Under the pieces are notes generated by a model. It worked only from the letters and a program-made list of their open reading frames with translations. It was not told the DNA's origin and did not search any database. Made by a program: the position numbers and the translations under genes. From an uncultured Candidatus Saccharibacteria bacterium (lineage in GTDB: Bacteria > Patescibacteriota > Minisyncoccia > Phycocordibacterales > SBAW01): DNA of 64,000 nt. Location: the NCBI GenBank assembly GCA_964566795.1, contig CAZMIU010000001.1:214789-278788 (forward strand), written 5' to 3'. This document shows, piece by piece, positions 34,478 through 42,847 of the stretch (the first letter of the stretch is position 1; every line of letters begins with the position of its first letter).

Positions 34478-36685
34478 ATGAAACTCGTCATAGTAGAGTC
34501 ACCGGCAAAAGCCAAAACAATAGAGAAGTATTTAAAGACGATAGACAAGTCGGGCAACTTTACCGTGCGCGCCTCGGTAGGCCACGTGCGCGACCTCCCC
34601 AAGTCCAACAAAAAGGCCATCGATATCCCGGCGGGCTTTGTCCCCCACTACGAGGTAGTGCCGGGCAAGGCGCATGTGATAGCGGAGCTTAAGGACCTGG
34701 CTCACAAAGCCAAGGAGGTGATACTGGCAACCGACCCCGACCGCGAGGGCGAGGCTATTGCGTGGCATATAAAGGAAGAGCTCAAGCTTAAAAAGCCCGA
34801 CCGCATCGTCTTCCACGAGATTACCCCCGAGGCTATTGGCGAGGCTCTGGAACATCCGCGCAAAATTGATGACAACCTACGCTACGCACAGGAGGCACGC
34901 CGCGTGCTTGATAGGCTTGTGGGCTACGACCTCTCCGGCCTTATCTGGAAAAAGGTCCGCTACGGGCTCTCGGCCGGCCGCGTGCAGAGCCCGGCGCTGC
35001 GCATATTGATGGAGCGAGAGCGCGAGATACGCGCGTTTGTGCCCGAGACATTTTATGTAATTACGGCAGCAACCCACACACCGGGCAAAGAACACTTGTC
35101 CCTCACTTGTGTTGAGGAGCCCCGTGACAAAAAAGAGGCTGAAAGGATAGTCGAGGCGGCCAAGCAGGGCCTGACTGTGTCTGAGGTGAGCGAGACAGAG
35201 GCCAAGCGCTCGCCCCGTGCGCCCTACACCACCTCAACACTCCAGCAGTCGGCATCATCGCGGCTGGGCTTCTCGCCATCCAACACCATGCGCATTGCGC
35301 AAAAGTTGTACGAGGCCGGGCATATTACCTACATGCGCACCGACTCGACCAACTTGGGCGCACCTGCACGTGCCTCGATACTCGCCATGGTCGAGAAAAA
35401 GTACGGCAAAGAGTATGTAGAGTCGCACACCTACGCCGCCAAGAGCAAAAACGCCCAGGAGGCACACGAGGCAATACGCCCCACGCATATCGAGAAGGAG
35501 TCTGCGGGACTTACGCCCGAGCAAAAAAAGCTCTACGAGCTTATCTGGCGCCGCACCATTGCAAGCCAGATGAGCGATGCCAAAATCTTGCGCACAAAAA
35601 TTGAGGCCACTACAGGCGACGCAAAAATCCCCGCGTTTGCCGCAACAGGCAGCCGCGTGCTGTTTGACGGCTGGCTTAAGGCCGACACAGCGGCCCGCGG
35701 CGAGGATGTGGAGCTGCCTAAAACATCTAAGGGCGAGGAGCTCGATGTAAAAGACGTGGACATGGAGGAGAAGCAAACCACCCCGCCTGCGCGCTACACC
35801 GAGGCCGGCCTTATTAAGGAGCTCGAAAAGAGAGGGATCGGGAGACCTTCGACATATGCAAGTATTATGAAAACTCTTGCAGACAGAGGGTACGTTGAGA
35901 AAGAAGGCAGATCACTCAAGCCTACGGATACGGGAGACGTTGTCTCGACATTCCTCGAGGAGTACTTCCCTACCTATATCTCGGACACCTTTACCGCCGA
36001 GATGGAGGACGAGCTCGACCAGATTGCCGATGGTACGCGTGAGTATGCCAAAACGCTTAAAGATTTTTATACCCCCTTCCTCAAGGAGGTAAAACTCAAA
36101 GACAAAGAGGCGGGCAAGATTACCGACCTGGGGCCCGCACCCAAGGAGTTTGCCTGCCCCGTGTGCGGCAAGCCTATGGTGTTTAAGCTCTCGCGCCAGG
36201 GCAAGTTTATGTCGTGCTCGACATTCCCCGACTGCGTTGGTGCACGCACTGAAGCTGGCGAGGTGATATCAAACGAGCCGGCCAAGCCTATTGGCAACCA
36301 CCCAGATTCCGGCGAGCCTATATATGTGCTCTCGGGCCGCTTTGGACCGTATGTACAGCTGGGCGGCGAGCCCACCGGCAAAGTTAAAAAGGGCGAGCCC
36401 AAACCCAAGCGCGCCTCTGTGCCTAAAGAAAAAGACCCGGCTACTGTCACTATTGAGGAGGCCGCCACCTACCTTGCACTCCCGCGCGAGCTCGGGCCCC
36501 ATCCGGAGACCGGCGAGATGATTACTGCATCTATTGGCCGCTTTGGGCCGTTTGTGGTGCACCAGAAAGACTTCCGCTCTCTTAAGGTAGACTCGCCGTA
36601 CGACATAACCCTTGAGCGCGCCCTTGAGATATTTAAAGAAGAGAAAAAGAAGCGCGGATTCGCCCGCAAAAAGAAAGCGGAGTAG
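34478..36685 (+). CDS. topA: DNA topoisomerase I
   Basis: MKLVIVESPAKAKTI, ATDPDREGE, SAGRVQS, ITYMRTDS; Zn ribbon and Topo_C repeats. Confidence 0.97.
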   Translation: MKLVIVESPAKAKTIEKYLKTIDKSGNFTVRASVGHVRDLPKSNKKAIDIPAGFVPHYEVVPGKAHVIAELKDLAHKAKEVILATDPDREGEAIAWHIKEELKLKKPDRIVFHEITPEAIGEALEHPRKIDDNLRYAQEARRVLDRLVGYDLSGLIWKKVRYGLSAGRVQSPALRILMEREREIRAFVPETFYVITAATHTPGKEHLSLTCVEEPRDKKEAERIVEAAKQGLTVSEVSETEAKRSPRAPYTTSTLQQSASSRLGFSPSNTMRIAQKLYEAGHITYMRTDSTNLGAPARASILAMVEKKYGKEYVESHTYAAKSKNAQEAHEAIRPTHIEKESAGLTPEQKKLYELIWRRTIASQMSDAKILRTKIEATTGDAKIPAFAATGSRVLFDGWLKADTAARGEDVELPKTSKGEELDVKDVDMEEKQTTPPARYTEAGLIKELEKRGIGRPSTYASIMKTLADRGYVEKEGRSLKPTDTGDVVSTFLEEYFPTYISDTFTAEMEDELDQIADGTREYAKTLKDFYTPFLKEVKLKDKEAGKITDLGPAPKEFACPVCGKPMVFKLSRQGKFMSCSTFPDCVGARTEAGEVISNEPAKPIGNHPDSGEPIYVLSGRFGPYVQLGGEPTGKVKKGEPKPKRASVPKEKDPATVTIEEAATYLALPRELGPHPETGEMITASIGRFGPFVVHQKDFRSLKVDSPYDITLERALEIFKEEKKKRGFARKKKAE

Positions 36686-36740
36686 AAAAGCAAAAGGCCA
36701 CCAAAGATGAGCGGCCCAGTGCCGGCTCCTTTCGGTGGCC

Positions 36741-37070
36741 TTATTTCTGTCGGGACAACTTGAGCATGCGCTCGGTCTTGTCCGCATGACCTTTCTTGTC
36801 GATGAAGTACCCCGCTACAAGGAAGAGTGCTGTGATGAGCGAACCGACACCCAGCACCCAGCCGGCCAGCAAATACATGGTGGCCGACTGATTGTTGACA
36901 TAGAGATAGAAGTTCCCGATGCTGTTCAGGAACATGATGAAGTCAAAGATCGCAAGCCGGCGAATTGACTTCATTTTGTCCTTCCAGACGCCGGCCAGAT
37001 ATTCCTGTGTCTCCTGCACCGCTTCGGCAGTGCGGGTATCCGGGTGACGAATGATGTTGCAATCGTTCAT
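36741..37070 (-). CDS. Hypothetical two-TM protein
   Basis: AGGAG SD; strong promoter upstream; two hydrophobic segments. Confidence 0.6.
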   Translation of the reverse strand: MNDCNIIRHPDTRTAEAVQETQEYLAGVWKDKMKSIRRLAIFDFIMFLNSIGNFYLYVNNQSATMYLLAGWVLGVGSLITALFLVAGYFIDKKGHADKTERMLKLSRQK

Positions 37071-37120
37071 GGCACATCTCCTGTTGATTAACTGGTTGAA
37101 AGGACTAGAACTTAACACAT

Positions 37121-37149
37121 AGTATACCCCCAAACGGGCATATTGTCAA
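37121..37149 (-). promoter_or_regulatory. sigma70 promoter
   Basis: Minus strand TTGACA-N17-TATACT. Confidence 0.75.
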
Positions 37150-37182
37150 TAGTAGTAAATAGGGCTATACTTAGCGGTACTT

Positions 37183-38733
37183 ATGCCCATCCCGTCTGTG
37201 CAGGAGATCACTTCCAAAATGAGCGCGCCCTCTAAGGCCGACCGCGCTTTGGTGGAAAAAGCATACGCGTTTGTAGAGCTGGCCCACAAAGACCACAAGC
37301 GCTTTTCGGGTGAGCCGTACCTGGTGCACCTGGCCGAGACCGCGCGCATGCTCGCCGAGCTTGGTATGTCTGCCAAGACAGTTGCAGCAGGATTACTGCA
37401 CGACTCTATAGAGGACGTGGGCGTCACCCCCGAGCAGATTGAGCAGGAGTTTGGCAAAGAGATACGCTTTTTGGTTGAGGGTGTTACCAAACTCGGCCGG
37501 TACAAATACCGCGGTGCCGAGCGCCACCGCGAGTCTCTGCGCAAACTCTTGGTGGCCACCGGCAAAGACGCGCGCGTACTCATCATCAAGCTCATGGACC
37601 GCCTGCACAACATGCGCACGCTCGAGCACGTGCCACCGGAAAAGCGGCAGCGCATCGCACTTGAGACCTTGGAGATTTATGCGGCTATCGCACACCGCTT
37701 AGGTATGGGCGTGGTGCGCCGCGAGCTAGAGGACACCGCGTTTAAATACGCCTACCCCGCGGAGTATAAAGAGATCAAGCAGCTTGTCACCGAGCAGAGC
37801 GAGGCCACGCAGGAGCGCCTGCAGACCATGGCGCGCACGCTCAGAAAGGAGCTGGCCAAAAACGGCCTGACCAAGTTTCATACCGACTACCGGGTTAAGG
37901 GGCTGTGGAGCCTGTACCAAAAGCTCAAGCGCAAGGGCGGCGATATTAGCAAGGTGTATGACATCGCCGCGGTGCGCGTGATTATGCGCTCTGTAGAGGA
38001 CTGCTACCGCGTGCTGGGGCTCGTGCACAACCTCTGGCAGCCCCTGCCCAACAAAATTAAAGACTACATCGCCTTCCCCAAGCCAAACGGCTACCAGGGC
38101 TTGCACACCACCGTGTTTGTGGGCGACGGCGGCATTGTCGAGATACAGATCCGCACCGAGGATATGCATCGCGAGTCGCAGTACGGTATCGCCGCGCACG
38201 TGGCCTACAAAGAGGGGCATGGCTCATCCACGGGCGGGCAGTCGAGCTTTGACTGGATCAAGAGCTTGCTCCCCTCCTTTAGGCGCGACAAGAAAGAGGC
38301 CGATGTTACGCCAGACGGCGTGGTGCGGGCCACCCAGAGCCGCTACGGCGGGCCGGCTGCGCCGGAGTGGCTCGAGGAGTTAAGCGAGGAGGCCACCGAC
38401 CCGGAGTTTGAGAACACGCTCAAGACCGACATCTTTACGCATCGCGTGTTTATCTTTACCCCCAAGGGCGACGTGGTAGACCTGCCCTCGGGCTGCACGC
38501 CGCTCGATTTTGCCTACGCAATACATAGTGACATTGGCGACCACGTGTTTGCCGCCAAGCTCAACGGCAAGCTAGTACCCTTAGACACCACGCTCCACAA
38601 CGGCGACATTGTAGAAATCCAGACAAAAAAGAGCGCGCACCCCACTAAAAAGTGGCTCGACTCGGCCAAAACAACGCTGGCCCGCCGCCACATCCGCCTG
38701 GCGCTCGAGAAACAGTCTGAGAGCACTAAATAG
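37183..38733 (+). CDS. rel: RelA/SpoT (p)ppGpp hydrolase-synthetase (HD, synthetase, TGS; no ACT)
   Basis: RFSGEPY..H, LHDSIED, DRLHNMRTL, KDYIAFPKPNGYQGLHT, EIQIRT, FTPKGDV..DFAYAIH. Confidence 0.93.
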   Translation: MPIPSVQEITSKMSAPSKADRALVEKAYAFVELAHKDHKRFSGEPYLVHLAETARMLAELGMSAKTVAAGLLHDSIEDVGVTPEQIEQEFGKEIRFLVEGVTKLGRYKYRGAERHRESLRKLLVATGKDARVLIIKLMDRLHNMRTLEHVPPEKRQRIALETLEIYAAIAHRLGMGVVRRELEDTAFKYAYPAEYKEIKQLVTEQSEATQERLQTMARTLRKELAKNGLTKFHTDYRVKGLWSLYQKLKRKGGDISKVYDIAAVRVIMRSVEDCYRVLGLVHNLWQPLPNKIKDYIAFPKPNGYQGLHTTVFVGDGGIVEIQIRTEDMHRESQYGIAAHVAYKEGHGSSTGGQSSFDWIKSLLPSFRRDKKEADVTPDGVVRATQSRYGGPAAPEWLEELSEEATDPEFENTLKTDIFTHRVFIFTPKGDVVDLPSGCTPLDFAYAIHSDIGDHVFAAKLNGKLVPLDTTLHNGDIVEIQTKKSAHPTKKWLDSAKTTLARRHIRLALEKQSESTK

Positions 38734-38778
38734 CCCCGACGCTTAGGTCGGGGTCCCGACCGGCACGCCGCGTCGGGA
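38734..38778. repeat. REP-like double hairpin, copy 1
   Basis: CCCCGACGCTTAGGTCGGGG-TCCCGACCGGCACGCCGCGTCGGGA; related to 41695-41736. Confidence 0.7.
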
Positions 38779-38783
38779 AGAAA

Positions 38784-39821
38784 CTAGATCGAAAATGAAC
38801 TAGGGTCGAAGGTGTTTTCGTCCTTCTCTTTTTCTTCTTTACTGCGGTCGTCCAAGCTGTTGCTGTCCTCTTGAGCGGGGCCTTGAGCGAGGGCGGCGGC
38901 AGAAGTTTCATCAGAAATAGTCTGGCCTGCCGGGGGCAGGAGACCCGAGGACTTTTCTGATGAAACTTCTGCCGGAGCTAATTTTGCAGCGGCAACTTTT
39001 GTTGCCAGGTTGGCAAAGATAACGCGCAGGTCGTCCTCGCCCATAAAGTCGATAACGAGCTTGCCGCCGTTTTCTTTTGTTTCAATTGCCACGCGGGTGC
39101 CAAGCACCTCGCCAAGCTGGCGCTCCATGTCTAAAATCTCGGGCGAGTACAAGTACTCTTTCTTGCGCACCTTATCAAACGCGATACGGCGGGCGATACT
39201 CTCGGTGTCGCGCACCGTTAAGCGCTTGACCATAATCTCCCTAAAGAGCGTGTTTTGCTCCTCTGGCCTGTCGCCTAGCATCAACAGCGGCCTGGTGTGA
39301 CCCTCGCTAATCTTGCCCTCCTTAAGAGCGGTAAGCATCTCCTCGGGGAGTGCGAGCAGGCGTATCGAGTTGGAGACGTATTCCCTGCTTTTGCCCACCT
39401 TCTCGGCAACCTCGGCATGCTTAAAGCCAAACTCCTTTACAAGCTGCTCAAAGGCCTTGGCACGGTCTACCGGGTTTAGGTCCTCGCGCTGGAGGTTCTC
39501 TACGATAGCGAGCTCGAGCTTGGTTTTGTCGTCATCCTCGGCCTCGCGGATAAGCGCGGGCACCGTGGCCACGCCGGCAATTTTGGAGGCGCGCAGGCGG
39601 CGCTCCCCCGCCACCAACTCGTACTCTGTGGCTATGCCGCCGTCTGGCTTGATGATCTCTTTGCGGGTAACCGTGAGCGGCTGGATGACGCCGTACTGGC
39701 GTATCGAGCGGGCCAGGTCGTTGAGCTTCGCCTCATCAAACTCGCGGCGCGGCTGAAACGGGTTTGGCTTAATCTTGTCTACCTCGACCCAAAAAATGGC
39801 GTTGTTGTAAAACTGCGACAT
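38784..39821 (-). CDS. parB: ParB/Spo0J chromosome partition protein
   Basis: PNPFQPRREF, GVIQPL, AGERRLRA, ENLQREDL, HTH KSREYVSNSIRLL. Confidence 0.93.
   Translation of the reverse strand: MSQFYNNAIFWVEVDKIKPNPFQPRREFDEAKLNDLARSIRQYGVIQPLTVTRKEIIKPDGGIATEYELVAGERRLRASKIAGVATVPALIREAEDDDKTKLELAIVENLQREDLNPVDRAKAFEQLVKEFGFKHAEVAEKVGKSREYVSNSIRLLALPEEMLTALKEGKISEGHTRPLLMLGDRPEEQNTLFREIMVKRLTVRDTESIARRIAFDKVRKKEYLYSPEILDMERQLGEVLGTRVAIETKENGGKLVIDFMGEDDLRVIFANLATKVAAAKLAPAEVSSEKSSGLLPPAGQTISDETSAAALAQGPAQEDSNSLDDRSKEEKEKDENTFDPSSFSI
38897..38974. repeat. Palindromic element inside the parB coding sequence
   Basis: Perfect 21-bp inverted repeat CGGCAGAAGTTTCATCAGAAA / TTTCTGATGAAACTTCTGCCG with an internal hairpin. 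Confidence 0.8.
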
Positions 39822-39842
39822 TGGCGATATTCTAACACGTAA

Positions 39843-39923
39843 GCCGGAGTGGCGTAATGGTAGCCGCGCTCGACTCAAAATCGAGTCCCGCAAGGGGTGG
39901 GAGTTCAAGTCTCCCCTCCGGCA
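39843..39923 (+). tRNA. tRNA-Leu(CAA)
   Basis: GCCGGAG acceptor, CTCGA-CTCAAAA-TCGAG, long variable arm, GTTCAAG T-loop. Confidence 0.95.
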
Positions 39924-39991
39924 CAAATTGGTTTTTTATAGCCCGTGTGGTAGCCTGCAGGGCGGACTTCCAATAGCAGCAAAGGTGTTCT

Positions 39992-40618
39992 ATGCAAAAT
40001 CTCAGAAAAGCGCTGGCGAGAGCCGGCGCAGTGCTTGAGGGCAATTTCTTTTTCGCCCTCAAAAAGGAAGGCAATGTCTCCTGCAAGTACATCAACATGG
40101 ACCCGGTCTTTACCAAGCCCGACCTGGTGATGGAGATCGGCGCCATGCTGATTGAGCCCTGGAGAACAGACATGATCGCCCTGGTTGCTCCGGCGGTGGG
40201 CGGGATACCGCTACTCTATGCGGCGGCAGACGCACACCAGCTTACCCCTCCGGTCGCATGGGCCGACAAACAAGCCGGTAGCACGTTTGCCTTTGAGCGT
40301 GCGGGCTTTGCCCAGGCGCTCAAGGGCCGCAGGGTCCTCCTCCTTGAGGATGTTGTCTCGACCGGTAGCTCGGGCCGCGCAGTTGCTGATCTTGTCCGCG
40401 ATGCCGGCGGTGAGATGATCGGCGCCTCGTTTGTCTGGAACCGCGGCAACGTCACCGCCGAGCAGGTAGGGGTACCCGAACTCTACTCGCTCATCAACGA
40501 GTCGGTCGACGTGTACAAGGCCGGCGAGCACCCCAAGTGGGGCGAGTGGCCGCTGGTTAAGAACATCGGCCACCCCGAGTACTACCCGGATTATCCGGGG
40601 ATCAAGATTACAGTCTAG
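39992..40618 (+). CDS. Type I phosphoribosyltransferase (orotate PRTase/PyrE-like)
   Basis: GAVLEGNF, APAVGGIP, VLLLEDVVSTGSS PRPP-binding loop. Confidence 0.8.
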   Translation: MQNLRKALARAGAVLEGNFFFALKKEGNVSCKYINMDPVFTKPDLVMEIGAMLIEPWRTDMIALVAPAVGGIPLLYAAADAHQLTPPVAWADKQAGSTFAFERAGFAQALKGRRVLLLEDVVSTGSSGRAVADLVRDAGGEMIGASFVWNRGNVTAEQVGVPELYSLINESVDVYKAGEHPKWGEWPLVKNIGHPEYYPDYPGIKITV

Positions 40619-40692
40619 TACAACAAGCAGAGTCGGCAGCACATACAATGCTGCCGATTTTCTTTTTTATACAAACAGGATAGATTGGGCTT

Positions 40693-41622
40693 GTGCACAA
40701 GCCAAAACTGATAGCCGTTGTGGGCCCTACCGCCTCGGGCAAGACCAGCCTGGGCATTTACCTTGCCCAAAAAGTTGGGGGCGAGATTATATCGGCCGAC
40801 TCCCGCCAGGTGTACAAAGGGCTCGACATTGGCACCGGCAAGGTGACCAAACGCGAGATGGCTGGCGTCCCCCACCACCTGCTGGACGTGATATCGCCCA
40901 AAAAGCAGTACTCCGTAGACATGTTTGTTAAACAAGCGACCAAAGCCGCCTGTTTGATATATCAAACAGGCAATGTCCCCGTGCTTGTGGGTGGGACGGG
41001 GTTATACATAGATACGTTTGTGGGGCGCATGATGTATGCCGAGGTGCCGCCCAATGAGACACTGCGAAAAAAACTCGCACGCAAGACCGCCCCGGAGCTC
41101 TTTGCTCTGCTCCAAAAAGCCGACCCTGCCCGCGCCCAGACTATAGAGAAGGGCAACCCCCGCAGGCTCATACGTGCTCTGGAGATTGCCAAGGCCATAG
41201 GCAAGTCCCCCGCTCCCACCACCGAGCTTATGTATGACGTGCTCTGGATTGGTCTTAACCCTGCGCCAGAAAAACTTAAGGCAAACATACACAAGCGCCT
41301 TAAGGCGCGCATAAAGCAGGGCATGGTCGCCGAGGCCAAACGCCTGCACAAAGCAGGAGTATCGTACAAGCGCATGGACGAGCTGGGGCTTGAGTATCGC
41401 TACCTGGCAAGAGTCCTGCGCAACAGAAGGGCACCTTCTGCAAGCCAAGTTGCAGAAGGTGCCCTTCTGCAAGAGTTGGAGAAGGCTATAAACGACTATG
41501 CCAAGCGCCAGGTGCGCTGGTTTACACGCAACTCTGACATACACTGGGTCACCTCTAAAACCGATGCTCTACGGCTCGCAAAAAACTTCCTTTCGCGATA
41601 CTATGCCCCTACGGGCGATTAG
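40693..41622 (+). CDS. miaA: tRNA dimethylallyltransferase
   Basis: GPTASGKT, SADSRQVY, DIGTGK, PHHLLD, VGGTGLY, RRLIRALE, YAKRQVRWF. Confidence 0.96.
   Translation: MHKPKLIAVVGPTASGKTSLGIYLAQKVGGEIISADSRQVYKGLDIGTGKVTKREMAGVPHHLLDVISPKKQYSVDMFVKQATKAACLIYQTGNVPVLVGGTGLYIDTFVGRMMYAEVPPNETLRKKLARKTAPELFALLQKADPARAQTIEKGNPRRLIRALEIAKAIGKSPAPTTELMYDVLWIGLNPAPEKLKANIHKRLKARIKQGMVAEAKRLHKAGVSYKRMDELGLEYRYLARVLRNRRAPSASQVAEGALLQELEKAINDYAKRQVRWFTRNSDIHWVTSKTDALRLAKNFLSRYYAPTGD
40948..40971. repeat. Perfect 24-bp palindrome inside miaA
   Basis: GCCTGTTTGATA|TATCAAACAGGC. Confidence 0.85.
41424..41469. repeat. Nested palindrome inside miaA
   Basis: 20-bp perfect arms CAGAAGGGCACCTTCTGCAA / TTGCAGAAGGTGCCCTTCTG with a 6-nt loop; each arm is itself a hairpin. 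Confidence 0.85.
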
Positions 41623-41683
41623 TTTAATGGTAGAACAGCGGTCTCCAAAACCGCTAGTGAGGGTTCGATTCCTTCATCGCCCG
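41613..41683 (+). tRNA. tRNA-Trp(CCA)
   Basis: GGGCGAT/ATCGCCC acceptor; GCGGT-CTCCAAA-ACCGC; GGTTCGATTCC. Confidence 0.95.
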
Positions 41684-41694
41684 CCGAGACGCAG

Positions 41695-41736
41695 TCCAAC
41701 GCTTCGGTCGGACCCCGACCACTTCGTGCGTCGGGG
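41695..41736. repeat. REP-like double hairpin, copy 2 (inverted)
   Basis: Reverse complement CCCCGACGCACGAAGTGGTCGGGG-TCCGACCGAAGCGTTGGA. Confidence 0.65.
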
Positions 41737-41786
41737 TTATCCACAGCCCCCTCTTGCAAGACACGATACGGGTGTATTGTTAGTGG

Positions 41787-41868
41787 GCTAGTATATGGAG
41801 CTTACCTAGCAATAGGCTAAGCAAAGTATACTAGCACAAAGAACCTCTGCCCTTGGCAGAGATTTTTT
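41787..41868 (+). ncRNA. Candidate hairpin small RNA with its own terminator
   Basis: TATTGT 6 nt upstream; GCTAGTATAT-GGA-GCTTA-CCTA-GCAA-TAGG-C-TAAGC-AAA-GTATACTAGC, then CTCTGCC/GGCAGAG plus T6. Confidence 0.5.
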
Positions 41869-41920
41869 GTGCGCAGACGGAGAGTAAGAAAAAAAACCGG
41901 CCTAGTGGCCGGATTCTTTC

Positions 41921-42076
41921 TTACTTCTTGGCCTCCTTAAAGAGGACGTGCTTGCGGAGCACTTTGGAGTACTTCTTAAGCTCGATCTTGCGGGTAACAA
42001 GCTTCTTGTTTTTGCGCGTCCAATACACCTCCCCGGTGGCGGCGTGCTTAAGGATTATCAGTTTGTCCTGTGACAT
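41921..42076 (-). CDS. rpmG: 50S ribosomal protein L33 (Cys-free form; not in the ORF track)
   Basis: Manual translation MSQDKLIILKHAATGEVYWTRKNKKLVTRKIELKKYSKVLRKHVLFKEAKK. Confidence 0.92.
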   Translation of the reverse strand: MSQDKLIILKHAATGEVYWTRKNKKLVTRKIELKKYSKVLRKHVLFKEAKK

Positions 42077-42124
42077 TGCCCAATAACCTTACCAAATAGC
42101 CCTATTTTTGGCAACCTAGGGCAC

Positions 42125-42829
42125 CTATTTGACGATAGTAAAGCCTGATCCGGTTGTATAAGCCATTACTTGCCCCGGTTGGTACGTATTGCCGTCCCAG
42201 TCATGGCGCACTATATTGGTGCCCTCATCAGGACTCTCGCGTGTAGGTATATACAACGCCAGATACCCTCCAACAATGACGTTTGCGGTAGCAATCTCCG
42301 CGCCTGCAAGAGTAGTGAACACTTTTACCCAAGTACCATTCCTCTTTTGGTAGATATCAAATGTGCATCCTCCTGTCCCACAGAAACTCATCATAGTCTC
42401 GTACACCAGAGCCTCAGGGGCACCGTCTTGGTTGAGATCTACCATGGCAACATCTATTGCCGTCTCGTTTAATTTTGGAAATATCTCCTTATTAAGCGCG
42501 AAGTCGCTTGCGTATAGCTTATAAATCTCACCTTCAGCACCTTGAGACGCCTGGTCAACCCGTTTAAACGCCACACGCTGCCCGAGCAAAGCACGATACA
42601 GGGTGTCATATGCTTTATCGTAGTCTTGCAGGGTTTGACCCTGTGTCCCCTGCCTGGGCTGACTTGAAACACCCACGGTTGAGCGGCCGTTAAACGTTGA
42701 GTTTGGGTCGGTGGTGTTTGGGTTTGTCGTTGGTGTGGCTTTTGGACTTAAGACAAACCATGCAATACCAACCACTACCACGACAACCGCGATAGCTATG
42801 GCAAGTATTTTTGTAGCAAGAGGATTCAT
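42125..42829 (-). CDS. Membrane-anchored exported protein with DLNxDG and CGTGGC motifs
   Basis: N-terminal TM; VDLNQDGAPEALV..FCGTGGCT. Confidence 0.7.
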   Translation of the reverse strand: MNPLATKILAIAIAVVVVVVGIAWFVLSPKATPTTNPNTTDPNSTFNGRSTVGVSSQPRQGTQGQTLQDYDKAYDTLYRALLGQRVAFKRVDQASQGAEGEIYKLYASDFALNKEIFPKLNETAIDVAMVDLNQDGAPEALVYETMMSFCGTGGCTFDIYQKRNGTWVKVFTTLAGAEIATANVIVGGYLALYIPTRESPDEGTNIVRHDWDGNTYQPGQVMAYTTGSGFTIVK

Positions 42830-42847
42830 AGTGTGTATTGTACGGTA

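Noticed and set aside
41737-41745. Perfect DnaA box as a possible oriC
   Set aside because: Single box, no DnaA-box cluster or unwinding element, and no dnaA/dnaN in the window
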